Shown in pieces: positions 38,347 to 47,414 of a stretch of 64,000 nucleotides of DNA; the stretch's first letter is position 1; every line of letters starts with the position of its first letter. The stretch lies in IMG/VR virus record IMGVR_UViG_3300005336_000020; one strand, given 5' to 3'. This stretch comes from an uncultured virus (IMG/VR IMGVR_UViG_3300005336_000020). Its lineage: Duplodnaviria > Heunggongvirae > Uroviricota > Caudoviricetes. The translations under genes were made by a program, and so were the position numbers. The notes below the pieces were generated by a model. It saw only the letters and a program-made list of their open reading frames with translations. It was not told where the DNA came from and did not search any database.

Positions 38347-39072
38347 TCAGGGCTCGATCAGTTTGAAGGCGTCTTCGCCCCGGGCCAGCTCTTCCTTCAT
38401 GGACTCGTAGTCCTCGTGGCGGCGCTGCGGATACAGCCAGATCAGGTGCGCCCGCAGGTCGTCGTTCCAGCCCCGCTCGGTCTCGTCGTCGACCTTCACG
38501 CATTCGGCCGGGTTCACCCCGTACAGCCAGGTGAGCGCACCGAAGCCGATCCAGTGCCGCTGGCCATCGTTGACGGACGTGATCCAGCCCGGGACGACGG
38601 CGTACTTCTTGCCCGCCAGCCCGCGCGGGAAGAGCGGATAGTCGCTTGGCTCGGGCTCGGGCTGACGGGTTTCCCGTGCCAGCCGGTGAGCCAGGGACCC
38701 CTTTACTCCGGCCGGTTTGAACGGAGTGCGCCGCTTCGCCTTCAGGCGTTGGTCGTCCGGGGTCCAATCTTCGGGAACCGGCTTCCAGTCCTTGTCGGCT
38801 TTCCTCTTCTCGGGGTCCCACAGCGATGCCCCTCCAGCCTTCACCCAGCTCCGCACGTCGGCAAGATAGGTGGCGGAGAAAATCAGCCCGCGCCTGTACT
38901 TGTCCATGGCGGAGAATCGGGTGTCGAGAACCATCCAGGACCCGAACTCCGGCTTCCCTTCATCGGCGTCGGAGTAGTACGCCTCGACGACGATGTGGTC
39001 ATGGCCGTGCACCCGGTACTTCTTGTCGTACCGGCCGTTCGATGGGAGTCGGTGCAGCAGGGGTTCAGCCAC
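38347..39072 (-). CDS. Hypothetical protein
   Basis: 241 aa, overlap-coupled. Confidence 0.55.
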   Translation of the reverse strand: MAEPLLHRLPSNGRYDKKYRVHGHDHIVVEAYYSDADEGKPEFGSWMVLDTRFSAMDKYRRGLIFSATYLADVRSWVKAGGASLWDPEKRKADKDWKPVPEDWTPDDQRLKAKRRTPFKPAGVKGSLAHRLARETRQPEPEPSDYPLFPRGLAGKKYAVVPGWITSVNDGQRHWIGFGALTWLYGVNPAECVKVDDETERGWNDDLRAHLIWLYPQRRHEDYESMKEELARGEDAFKLIEP

Positions 39073-39724
39073 TGGCCGCCACCACGTTCCCGCTGAGGTC
39101 CACGAGAGCCACCTGGCCAGGGGCCTTCTTCACCGCGAACTCCACGGTTCCGGTTGCCGTCTCGCCAGGCTCGATCCTGCGGGACCCCGGGGCCAGCGTT
39201 CCCTCCCCGATCACGGCCGGGCGCCCGTCGCCCTTCACCATCGACGACATGACGACCACGGCCTCGTCGGTGTTGTTCACGACCGTCACCTTCACGACCG
39301 CTCCGACGTCGCCCGAGCCGTTGGGCACCGCAGTGAGAACCACCGTCTTCGGCGCTTCGGGGGTGGGTGCGCTGGAAGCCTCGGCACGGTCCTGGGCGCC
39401 CTCGGAGGGGCCACCCCCGGCCGCAGGGAGGAAGCCTTCCTGGGATGCCGAGGAGGAGCCTGTGGGGCTGCCTGCCGGGCTGTTGCCGCCGTGGGGCATG
39501 ACGGTGAAAACCAGGATCCCCACGGCGGCAGCTCCAGCGGCCCCGAGAAGCAGGCTCCTGCGCCGGTCCGGCTTCTGCGGCTGCGGCTCTTCCTCCTGAG
39601 TCGGGGGAGCGGGCGGCGGCGGAGGCGCGACGGGCTCGGGTTCCGGGTCCCAGCCGATCGCGGGTTCGACCCGGCTCGGCTCGCCCTCCTGTCGCGGTGC
39701 TGACGTGTTCCACCAGTCAGTCAT
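39065..39724 (-). CDS. Membrane-anchored protein with Ig-like (DUF4352-like) domain
   Basis: Pro-rich N-terminus, TM, then VKVTVVNN...IEPGETATGTVEF. Confidence 0.55.
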   Translation of the reverse strand: MTDWWNTSAPRQEGEPSRVEPAIGWDPEPEPVAPPPPPAPPTQEEEPQPQKPDRRRSLLLGAAGAAAVGILVFTVMPHGGNSPAGSPTGSSSASQEGFLPAAGGGPSEGAQDRAEASSAPTPEAPKTVVLTAVPNGSGDVGAVVKVTVVNNTDEAVVVMSSMVKGDGRPAVIGEGTLAPGSRRIEPGETATGTVEFAVKKAPGQVALVDLSGNVVAASG

Positions 39725-39930
39725 TCCCCGCCTCCCTTCCTCATCTTCCGGGCCACGTTCAGCCCCACGCCCGTCGCCGCCCCTGCGATCACGGCCCCGG
39801 TTGCGGGAACTCCGATCGCCGAGAACGTGGCGGTGTCCAGTGCGGCGCCCAGCAGGGCGGCCGTGGTCACGCTGTCGTCGACATCCTCGACCGCCTTGGC
39901 GATGGCCCAGGTGACGACCTTCTCCATCAT
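39721..39930 (-). CDS. Small hydrophobic peptide
   Basis: 69 aa, Ala/Gly-rich, coupled on both sides. Confidence 0.45.
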   Translation of the reverse strand: MMEKVVTWAIAKAVEDVDDSVTTAALLGAALDTATFSAIGVPATGAVIAGAATGVGLNVARKMRKGGGE

Positions 39931-40241
39931 GAGACGGGCCGAAGCGGCAGGGTCGCGCTGTAGGCGACCAGGTATTCGTAGCGCCACATGGAGTGCTCGC
40001 CGTCGTCGGTTCCCGTCTCGACGATGGTGGCCTCCTGGATGCGGTACGCCATTCCGAGCCGATCCCGGTACAGGGCTCCCGGCGGAAGCATCGGAATCGT
40101 CGGGTGCTCGCGCCCGCCCTTCGGCGAGATGGTGATGAGCGCGTGCCGGATTTCGCTCTCCGGGTCGTCGTCCATCATCGGCTGGATCACAACGTAATTG
40201 GCGGACCCGGTTCCTCCGGATGCCTCGATTCGCCACGCCAT
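39927..40241 (-). CDS. Hypothetical protein
   Basis: GGAG RBS upstream. Confidence 0.5.
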   Translation of the reverse strand: MAWRIEASGGTGSANYVVIQPMMDDDPESEIRHALITISPKGGREHPTIPMLPPGALYRDRLGMAYRIQEATIVETGTDDGEHSMWRYEYLVAYSATLPLRPVS

Positions 40242-40298
40242 GTCATTCTCCTCTCCTACTTCAACACAACCAGAATACAGGCAAGTTGGGGAAAACAG

Positions 40299-40324
40299 GA
40301 AGCCCCCGCCCGAAGGCGGGGGCC
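40299..40324 (-). terminator. Terminator hairpin
   Basis: GCCCCCGCC-CGAA-GGCGGGGGC (UUCG loop on the minus strand). Confidence 0.6.
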
Positions 40325-40341
40325 ACTGCGGTGCGGGCGTG

Positions 40342-41511
40342 TCAACCCTGGTTCATCCAGCTCGCGAGACCGTTCTCGACGAACCACTCCAGCGGGAAGG
40401 CGGTGGTCGCCTCGGTCACCCGGGGGGCGCCCGTCTGGTTGGCCTTCGCGAAGGCGGCCTTGGTGATGCCGCCCTCGGCCGCGTCGGCGGCGTAGTAGCG
40501 CGCCGCCAGGTTCACCTTCCGGCGCTCGGCGTCGGTCAGGTTCAGGCCCTCCAGGCTGATGCCCTCCGCATCGTCCTCCTCCTCGAAGGAGACGCCGCCC
40601 TTGGCGAGCTGCGGCCGGGGGCTGGAGACGACCTGGCCCTGCACCAGGTTGAAGCCGAGGGGCGACCGCAGGCGGATGTCCTGCTCGGCGTCCATACGCT
40701 CCATGGTGATCTCGGTCTGGGTGCGCATCGTCTCGATCTGGAGCTGGGCGTTCAGCCGCTGGCGCATCGCCTTGAGCTGGTTGGCGCCCTCCAGCTCGGC
40801 CTTCTCCGCCTCGAACTTCGCGTCGCGCTCCAGCTTCTCGCGCTCGATCTGGGCCTGGACCCTCTCGCGCTCGATCGCCGCCCTGCGACGCTCCTCGGCC
40901 AGGGCCGCCTCGTGCTCGCGGTTCTTCAGGATCATGTCGGCCTCGTGCTGCTCGGCGGTCGCCTCGGCGTCGGCCCGCGTGAGGCGGGACTTCCGCTTCT
41001 TCGCCGCCATCTGGGCCTTCTCCTCGTCGGTCAGGTCCGTGGGGTCCTTCAGGCCGTTCAGCGCCATCGTCCAGGTGAGCTTCGTGAAGACCGGGAGCAC
41101 CGCCGCGAAGGCCGCCGCACCGCCGCCGATCGTCGTTCCGTGGTAGCCGAGCAGGGCCGCGACGAACAGGGCCTCGATCCACCCGATGACCGGGAGGAAG
41201 TCGACGTCCTTCTGCTTCTTGCGGAAGGGCACCTTGCCCATCAGCTTCTGACCCTGGTACTGGGCCACCATCGTCGCGCTCCAGACGACGTCCATCGTCG
41301 CGGCGGCCGAGAGGGAGATCAGGCTGAGCCCGCCCAGCTTGTCGATGGTGAGCGCGTCGACCTTGTACAGGTCGATGAAGGACCAGGTGCTCCAGGCGAG
41401 GGAGCCGATCGAGAGGATGCTCGCCATCAGAACCAGAACGGAGAAACGCTTCGGTCCGTCCTCGTCGGTGTCGACCTTCGCGACCTTCTCGGTGTTTTCC
41501 GTCGTGTCCAT
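40342..41511 (-). CDS. SpdB-like membrane/coiled-coil protein
   Basis: N-terminal 4 TM (SLAWSTWS...D..W) followed by a long coiled coil, the architecture of Streptomyces plasmid spread proteins. Confidence 0.55.
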   Translation of the reverse strand: MDTTENTEKVAKVDTDEDGPKRFSVLVLMASILSIGSLAWSTWSFIDLYKVDALTIDKLGGLSLISLSAAATMDVVWSATMVAQYQGQKLMGKVPFRKKQKDVDFLPVIGWIEALFVAALLGYHGTTIGGGAAAFAAVLPVFTKLTWTMALNGLKDPTDLTDEEKAQMAAKKRKSRLTRADAEATAEQHEADMILKNREHEAALAEERRRAAIERERVQAQIEREKLERDAKFEAEKAELEGANQLKAMRQRLNAQLQIETMRTQTEITMERMDAEQDIRLRSPLGFNLVQGQVVSSPRPQLAKGGVSFEEEDDAEGISLEGLNLTDAERRKVNLAARYYAADAAEGGITKAAFAKANQTGAPRVTEATTAFPLEWFVENGLASWMNQG

Positions 41512-41576
41512 GTCTGGGTTTCTCCCTTTCCGAAAACCCCCGGTTTCTGAAACCTCGCTTGGGGGCGTTACGCATG

Positions 41577-41606
41577 ACTGTGCCAGTGTGGCCTAGGCCG
41601 TGTCAA
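41577..41606 (-). promoter_or_regulatory. Promoter TTGACA-N18-CACAGT with GGCCTAGGCC in the spacer
   Basis: Direct reading of the minus strand. Confidence 0.6.
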
Positions 41607-41774
41607 GCGAACCAGGGCCAGATCCCGGAAGTAGTCCGTTCTGTCCGAATTCACTGGGATTCGAGAACTATGTCATGAACCGCCGCCCCGCCGTGTCCCC
41701 ATTCGTCCGATTCGAGTGGAGAAGGACCACCTTTCATTCGGCTTCTTCCGGCAGGACGGCAGCCCTTCCGCGCT

Positions 41775-42206
41775 TCAGGAAGAGCGGGATCCACGGAAGA
41801 GGCCGCGAAGGAAGCCCTTCCGCTCACTGCGATGCCGCCCGGAAGGGGCGGGAACCTCGCCAGAAACCTGGTGACCAGCACCATCGGGATCGTCTGCCTC
41901 GATTCGTCCGGTTTCGTCTTTCAGAACCTGCTCGGAAGGCGGTTCGATCGCGGTCATGTTCAGCACGTAGACGTTCGCCCCGCGAAGCCCGGTGGAAGAG
42001 AAGCCCGACTCCGTGCGCAGCAGCCCGTTCCGGGTGAGTTCGGCCCTGGCCCGCACCAGGGCGCCCTGGGTCAGTCCGCTGTCCTTGAGGAGGGCGGATG
42101 TCGCCACCTGGGCTCGCCCGATTTCGTTCACGTGCTTCAGCAGGGCGTCCAGCAGCTTTCCTGCCTCGTGGCCCAGCGCGCTTCGGTCGTAGGCGTTCTC
42201 GCTCAT
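41775..42206 (-). CDS. Winged-helix (MarR-like) DNA-binding protein
   Basis: LLKDSGLTQGALVRARAELTRNGLL...GANVYVL. Confidence 0.55.
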   Translation of the reverse strand: MSENAYDRSALGHEAGKLLDALLKHVNEIGRAQVATSALLKDSGLTQGALVRARAELTRNGLLRTESGFSSTGLRGANVYVLNMTAIEPPSEQVLKDETGRIEADDPDGAGHQVSGEVPAPSGRHRSERKGFLRGLFRGSRSS

Positions 42207-42309
42207 GCCGTCACCTTTCCAGTGGTCCGTGTCGGGCATCAGCGTACGGCGAAGGGCCGCCAGAACATCGTCTGGCGGCCCTTCGGGTAGGCCATCTCTG
42301 GTGGCCTGG

Positions 42310-43758
42310 TCACCCAGCCCAGGGGTCGTCGTTCAGGTCGCTCAGCCAGCGGCCGACCGTGGAGGCGTCCACGCCGAGGACACGGGCGCCTTCGGCGCGG
42401 CTCAGGTGCCCCTGCTGAATCTCTCCGTGCAGCCACGCGATGACGGCCGAGCGGGCTTCCTCCTTCTCCTCGGGCGTGAAGCCGGACTTCGGCGCCTGGG
42501 AGGCGTGGTACGTGAGCACGACCATCGGGTGACGGCCGACCGGAACCTGGGACGTCTCGCGCCCTTCTTCTGCGGCTTCCTGGAGAGCGGGAACCGGCTC
42601 GGGTGCCGCCTCTTCCTGGACGGTCTCCACGGCCGCCTCCGCGACCTCCGCTGCGGGCTCGATGTCGGGCGCCACCACCCACCAGTCCTCGTGCTCCGGG
42701 TCGCTGCTGGCCGGGTAGGGCCCGGCCTGGGCGAACTGGACCTGCAACTCCCCCTGCAAGGGTTGCTGCACGGCCTCCTTCTCCAGGCTGACCTGCACGG
42801 ATTCCATTGCGACGGGGGCCTCGCGCAAGGCCGTCTGCATGGGGGACCGCAAGGGGGTGGTGGGAGCATCCGGGATCAGTCCGTGATCACTCTCGGTGAC
42901 ACCCGAAACGTCCACCTTCGTCCACCCAGAAGTGGCCTGCTGCATGGGTTCCTGCACGTCGGGCACAGGCTCCTTGACCAGGGAGTATGCCGGTTCCTTG
43001 GTGGCCTGCTGCGAGGTCTCGGTCCGGAAGTCGTCGGCGACCGAGGCGATGGCCTCGAATGACTGGCCCGACTTGTCCTGGTCTGCGACCTCCGAAGTGG
43101 CCTGCTGCATGACCTGCGGCAACACCGTTGTGGGTGCCTCCGGGGCAGTCACGACACGGGTTTCCGCCTCGGACGAGATGGCCTGCTGCACCGGCTCCTG
43201 CAAATCCGACTGTTCGAATCGAGCGGTTTCGACCGAATCTTCCGAATCGTCCCCACCGCCTTCGGCTTCTTCGCCGGAATCCGAGTCTTCGACCTGCGGG
43301 TTTTCGAGGATCTGAGTGGGGCTCTCCGGCGAGGGGTCGACGAGCGTCTTCTTCTCGCCATCACCACTTTCCGTGTTCTCTTCCGTCTCGCCGTTCTCGG
43401 TGGCCCACGGCTCCTCGCGGCCCAGCTTCCGCTCACGCGCGGAGAACACGGCCAGCCCGATCACGGTGAGGAGGATGGCCGCTCCCAGCGCCTGCGGAAC
43501 GCTCGTCGAGTGGCCGCCCCTCTCCGGGCCCCCGGTCGCCGCGCTCAGGACCACCCACACCGGGATGAGCACGATGAACGCCCGGCCGCCCTTGGCCCAC
43601 ACCGAGCGGTGCTCGCCGTTCTCGTCCAGCTCCAGGACCCAGTTCTTGCTTCCGTGCAGCCCCCTGCGGAACATCCTGCCCAGCCCCTTGGAGCCGTTCT
43701 GGACCTCCATCGACTGTCTGATTCCCGCCGCCTGCGGGACCTTCACGCGGATCGCCAT
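42310..43758 (-). CDS. Membrane protein with acidic repeat linker and C-terminal HTH
   Basis: 2 TM, (V/M)QQATS-like repeats, SRAEGARVLGVDASTVGRWL HTH. Confidence 0.6.
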   Translation of the reverse strand: MAIRVKVPQAAGIRQSMEVQNGSKGLGRMFRRGLHGSKNWVLELDENGEHRSVWAKGGRAFIVLIPVWVVLSAATGGPERGGHSTSVPQALGAAILLTVIGLAVFSARERKLGREEPWATENGETEENTESGDGEKKTLVDPSPESPTQILENPQVEDSDSGEEAEGGGDDSEDSVETARFEQSDLQEPVQQAISSEAETRVVTAPEAPTTVLPQVMQQATSEVADQDKSGQSFEAIASVADDFRTETSQQATKEPAYSLVKEPVPDVQEPMQQATSGWTKVDVSGVTESDHGLIPDAPTTPLRSPMQTALREAPVAMESVQVSLEKEAVQQPLQGELQVQFAQAGPYPASSDPEHEDWWVVAPDIEPAAEVAEAAVETVQEEAAPEPVPALQEAAEEGRETSQVPVGRHPMVVLTYHASQAPKSGFTPEEKEEARSAVIAWLHGEIQQGHLSRAEGARVLGVDASTVGRWLSDLNDDPWAG

Positions 43759-43837
43759 GACCTCCTCATCTCCTCTCCGAGTGGCCCGCCGGAGCCGTTC
43801 CGGCGGGCCGTTTCCACTGCTTCTTGCAGGCCACTTT

Positions 43838-44083
43838 TCAGCGGTCCTGGACCCACTTCTTGGGGTCGTTGTGCTCCTCCCAGGAGGGGACCACGATGCG
43901 GTCCCCGTACCTGGTGTACCCGATGTGCGTACCCGGCGGGATGAGCCGGTTGCCCGCCGACGGGCCGCCGCAGGAGAGGCAGGGATCACCTTCCAGGCGG
44001 CCGTGTTCGCAGCGGTGCAGGTCCAGCAGGAGCTTGGCCAGACGGCTCGTCTCGACCTCCTGCGAGGTCGGCCGGTCAGCCAT
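43838..44083 (-). CDS. Small Cys/His-rich hypothetical protein
   Basis: RCEHGR..GDPCLSCGG. Confidence 0.5.
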   Translation of the reverse strand: MADRPTSQEVETSRLAKLLLDLHRCEHGRLEGDPCLSCGGPSAGNRLIPPGTHIGYTRYGDRIVVPSWEEHNDPKKWVQDR

Positions 44084-44285
44084 GAACGGCTTCCACGGCC
44101 TGCTTCGAAACGGGCGAATCGGTGCGAACTCCCTTGAATCCCGTGCAGGCGCAGGTCCCTCGCCCCTGGGCCAGCTTGTGACGGCACGCCGTCTTGGTGC
44201 CCCGGACGTGCGTACCGGTGTGCTCGTGCCGGGGGTGGCCGCAGCCGCTGGGTCCCGTGCACAGCTCCTTGTCGTAGAGGCTCAT
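44076..44285 (-). CDS. Small Cys/His-rich hypothetical protein
   Basis: CGHPRHEH...CACTGF; GGAGGAG RBS. Confidence 0.5.
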   Translation of the reverse strand: MSLYDKELCTGPSGCGHPRHEHTGTHVRGTKTACRHKLAQGRGTCACTGFKGVRTDSPVSKQAVEAVHG

Positions 44286-44307
44286 CGCTCCTCCTCGTTC
44301 CTGCCGG

Positions 44308-44577
44308 TCAGCGCTTCTGCGCCAGCTCGTTCAGCTTCTGTGCCAGCTTCGCACTCAGGTCCATCGCCTGCTCGTACGTCAGCTCGGCGAAGATGCCGGG
44401 GTCCTCGTCGAGCTGACCGTCGCTCAGCGGCACCGTCAGACGGTCGCCGAAGCCCGTCTTCACCGGACCGAAGCCGCCGATGACGATGTGGCACCCCGGG
44501 GTCATGCTCTCCTCCACGGCGAGCCGGGCGCCCTTGTCGACGTCTCCCAGGCTGTTCAGTGCGCGGATCTCGCTCAC
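44308..44577 (-). CDS. Hypothetical protein
   Basis: GAGGAGG RBS, coupled. Confidence 0.5.
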   Translation of the reverse strand: MSEIRALNSLGDVDKGARLAVEESMTPGCHIVIGGFGPVKTGFGDRLTVPLSDGQLDEDPGIFAELTYEQAMDLSAKLAQKLNELAQKR

Positions 44578-44915
44578 GCTTCCTCCTCGTCCGACCAGGT
44601 GTTTCCCTGGTAGTCCTTGTGCTTCGTTGCCGGGTGGTGCCCCTTGGGCTCCTCGCACTGCCACGGGTTCACGGGGTGCTCACCGTCGCACTTCTCGACG
44701 TTGCCGTGCTCGGCCATGGCCTCACGGATGATCGAGTCCTCGTCGAGGCCGCCGACCCCGTAGTCCTCGGGGTCCCAGCTCTCGGCCTTGAGCGCCTTGA
44801 TGAGGGTGGAGACCAGCTCGGTGCCGGAGATCTCACCTTCCTCGCGCTGCTCGATGGCCTCGGACACCGTTTCGAAGATCCGAGTTCCGCCGGTCCAGCT
44901 CACGCTTTTCTCCAT
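44574..44915 (-). CDS. Hypothetical protein
   Basis: Acidic 113 aa ORF. Confidence 0.5.
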   Translation of the reverse strand: MEKSVSWTGGTRIFETVSEAIEQREEGEISGTELVSTLIKALKAESWDPEDYGVGGLDEDSIIREAMAEHGNVEKCDGEHPVNPWQCEEPKGHHPATKHKDYQGNTWSDEEEA

Positions 44916-44967
44916 TCCGAAGGTTCTTACGAGGGTTCGCCCTGGAATCCAAGGCGAACCCTCATCG

Positions 44968-45186
44968 TCATACCGTCTCTACGCGGGTGACGTGGGTGTA
45001 AACGGCCTGGTAGATCTCACGGACGCCCTCGGCGTCCACGTCGTCGAGTTCCACCAGGACGGTGTGGTGCTCGCCCGTCACGTCGGTGCACGGCAGGCCG
45101 TTCACCGGGCACGGACCGGTCTTCTTGTCGCGCGGGTTGTGCTCCGGGTTCTTCGGGAGCTTGACCGTGACCAGGTACTTCGCCAT
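44968..45186 (-). CDS. Hypothetical protein
   Basis: Coupled to the NlpC/P60 stop. Confidence 0.5.
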   Translation of the reverse strand: MAKYLVTVKLPKNPEHNPRDKKTGPCPVNGLPCTDVTGEHHTVLVELDDVDAEGVREIYQAVYTHVTRVETV

Positions 45187-45653
45187 CAGCCGTTGATCCT
45201 TCCGAGGTAGACCTTCCGGCCGCCGTACTTGTACTCGGAGACGGGGGCGACGACGACCTTGTACCCCCGGTAGGAGCCGGAGTTGGCGTTCAGGATCTTG
45301 TCACCGCCGACGTAGATGCCCACGTGCTTGATGTTCGAGGACGAGGTGCCGAAGAACACCAGGTCACCCTTCGCGCGCTTGCTCCAGGAGAGCTTCGAGG
45401 ACTTGTTGTACTGGCCCTGGGCGGTGCGCGGGAGCGTCTTGCCGTTCTTCTTGTACGAGTAGTACGTGAGGCCCGAGCAGTCGAAGGCGTTCGGACCGGC
45501 GGCGCCGCCCTTGTAGGGGTCCCCCTTCTGGGCGGTGGCCGTACTCAGGGCCTTCGTGCGTATCGGGGTAGCCGCACTGGAGCTGGTGGCCACGGTCAGC
45601 ACCATCCCTCCCGCGAGCGCGGTGGACAGGGCGGCGGTCGTGAGCTTCTGCAT
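45186..45653 (-). CDS. Second secreted NlpC/P60 (C40) peptidase
   Basis: Signal peptide, GDPYKGGAAGPNAFDCSGL, GDLVFF, HVGIY. Confidence 0.9.
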   Translation of the reverse strand: MQKLTTAALSTALAGGMVLTVATSSSAATPIRTKALSTATAQKGDPYKGGAAGPNAFDCSGLTYYSYKKNGKTLPRTAQGQYNKSSKLSWSKRAKGDLVFFGTSSSNIKHVGIYVGGDKILNANSGSYRGYKVVVAPVSEYKYGGRKVYLGRING

Positions 45654-45713
45654 GGTGCGATCTCCTTGGATTCCGAGGTTCTTCCGGATGTTCGGGCTGG
45701 AATTCGAGCCGAA

Positions 45714-46178
45714 CTACCAGCTCATTCCTTCGGGGCTGAAGTAGACGGGGATGCCTGCCGCTCGCGCCTTGTCCACGCAGTCGGCGGTGCCGTGCGTGGG
45801 ATGCTCGCCGGGCGGGCACCAGGGGGCGTTCTTGCGACAGGGAAGAGCCCAGGCCATCAGGGCGTCCATACCGGCGTCGACCATCTCCTGGTTGCGCAGG
45901 AAGCCAGCCTGGTTGCCGTGGCGGCCCCAGTCGGCCGGGTGCGGGTCCTCAAGGACCAGGTGGTCCGGAAGCCGGGCCGCCCAGTCGCTGACGTGCCGGT
46001 CGACTCCCCGCTTGGCCTTGCCGTTTCTCACGAGCAGCCGCTTGCGGTGCCGCAGCATCTGCGTGAGCGGGATCCATACGGACGACCGGGTGGCCCAGTC
46101 CCTGGACCCGGTCACCCCCAGAACGAATCGGGGGTTGGCGCTCAACCATGCTGCCAGTTCGGCATCTTGGGCGTTCAC
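45714..46178 (-). CDS. SLOG-family (YspA/DUF2493-like) protein
   Basis: VTGSRDW...GVD...HPADW..HG..AGFLRNQEMVD...GTADCV. Confidence 0.8.
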   Translation of the reverse strand: MNAQDAELAAWLSANPRFVLGVTGSRDWATRSSVWIPLTQMLRHRKRLLVRNGKAKRGVDRHVSDWAARLPDHLVLEDPHPADWGRHGNQAGFLRNQEMVDAGMDALMAWALPCRKNAPWCPPGEHPTHGTADCVDKARAAGIPVYFSPEGMSW

Positions 46179-46412
46179 GTGCCTCCTCTCGAACGGCCTA
46201 GGCCGATCCTACCCGATGGCCTACTTCTCGGGTAGGCCACTTCATGAGGAGGCTTGTCCAGATTCGTGGCGATTCTTGCTCCGTGCGAATCACTGTGAAC
46301 TCCTGCGAATCGGGCATACCGGACCACTTTTTATGGATCTCCGACACGCTACAGCAGGACAGAACTGGTCAATCTGGACAGTCCGAATCACCCTATTCGC
46401 CTGATTCGTCGA

Positions 46413-46524
46413 CTACCGTTCGGTAACTTTTCTTCCGAGATTCGGGCGCCTTCCGGGCCCGTTCTTGTTACTTCTCGGTAGCTTCTCTTCGGGTTCGGGC
46501 CGAAGGAAAGTTACCGAACGGTAG
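46413..46524. repeat. 23-bp inverted repeat (1 mismatch) in a non-coding region
   Basis: CTACCGTTCGGTAACTTTTCTTC (46413-46435) vs GAAGGAAAGTTACCGAACGGTAG (46502-46524). Confidence 0.85.
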
Positions 46525-46569
46525 GCAGATGGCACACGAAAGGCCCGCCGGTCTCCCGACGGGCCTCGT

Positions 46570-46854
46570 TCAGCCGTACGCGATCCAGTCGGGGATCACC
46601 GTCGGCTGGATGACGGACTCCTCCACCATGAACCCGAAGTCGTCACGCCGGATTCTGCCGTCCTCGGTACGCATGAACCGGTCGATGTGGACGCCTTCCT
46701 CGTCACGCCAGATCTCTGGCCACAGCGGCACGTCCGTCGGGTCCACTCCGCACGAGGTGAGCATGGCGAGTACGTCAGCCCTCCGCTTCTCCAGGAGGGC
46801 GCGAGCCGCATCGGAGATCCAGGCCCGGTACCGCGTTCTCAGGTCGTTCCTCAT
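46570..46854 (-). CDS. Hypothetical protein
   Basis: GGGAG RBS; followed by a hairpin at 46540-46566. Confidence 0.5.
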   Translation of the reverse strand: MRNDLRTRYRAWISDAARALLEKRRADVLAMLTSCGVDPTDVPLWPEIWRDEEGVHIDRFMRTEDGRIRRDDFGFMVEESVIQPTVIPDWIAYG

Positions 46855-46912
46855 CCGCTCCCTTTCACGCCGAAGAGGGGCACGGCATCGAGCCGTGCCC
46901 CTCCAGGGTTTC

Positions 46913-47326
46913 TCAGTTGAACTGCACTTCGGTTCCGTCGGGCCACATGAAGCGGGCCTTCTCCTTGCGCACGCCGTCCTTGTCGGCGACGACGCGCCAG
47001 ATGTCACCGGCCCACTCGCCGTCGACCACCATCACTCCCTGGACCGTTCGACCGATCTCGGCCATCTCGGCGACCAGCTTCTTCACGTCCTTCTCCAGGT
47101 CGCGGCAGTCGAAGGACTCGCGCCACGGGATGGCCGCGTTCGACGTGAAGATGGTGGAGATGCCGGTGTCGGTCTCCTCCTCGGAGCGTTCCACGCTCAG
47201 GACCACGCTCGGGTCGTCGCGGGAATCCGGCTTGTTGTCCAGGTAGAACCGACTGTCCTTGATCTCCGACCACGGAAGTGGCGGATCGATCGTGAACACC
47301 CCGCTCACCGATCCGGTGTAGCTCAA
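46913..47326 (-). CDS. Hypothetical protein
   Basis: TTG start after GAGGGGAAGG; acidic. Confidence 0.55.
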   Translation of the reverse strand: MSYTGSVSGVFTIDPPLPWSEIKDSRFYLDNKPDSRDDPSVVLSVERSEEETDTGISTIFTSNAAIPWRESFDCRDLEKDVKKLVAEMAEIGRTVQGVMVVDGEWAGDIWRVVADKDGVRKEKARFMWPDGTEVQFN

Positions 47327-47414
47327 CGCCTTCCCCTCTCCCTCAGAAACAGGAACACGCGAGCGGCCACCCCGGAACCAGCCAGGGTGGCCACCCACTC
47401 GATCGCGTACGACA

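Noticed and set aside
46414..46422. TACCGTTCG similarity to engineered lox66/lox71 arms
   Set aside because: Lacks the rest of loxP; coincidental.
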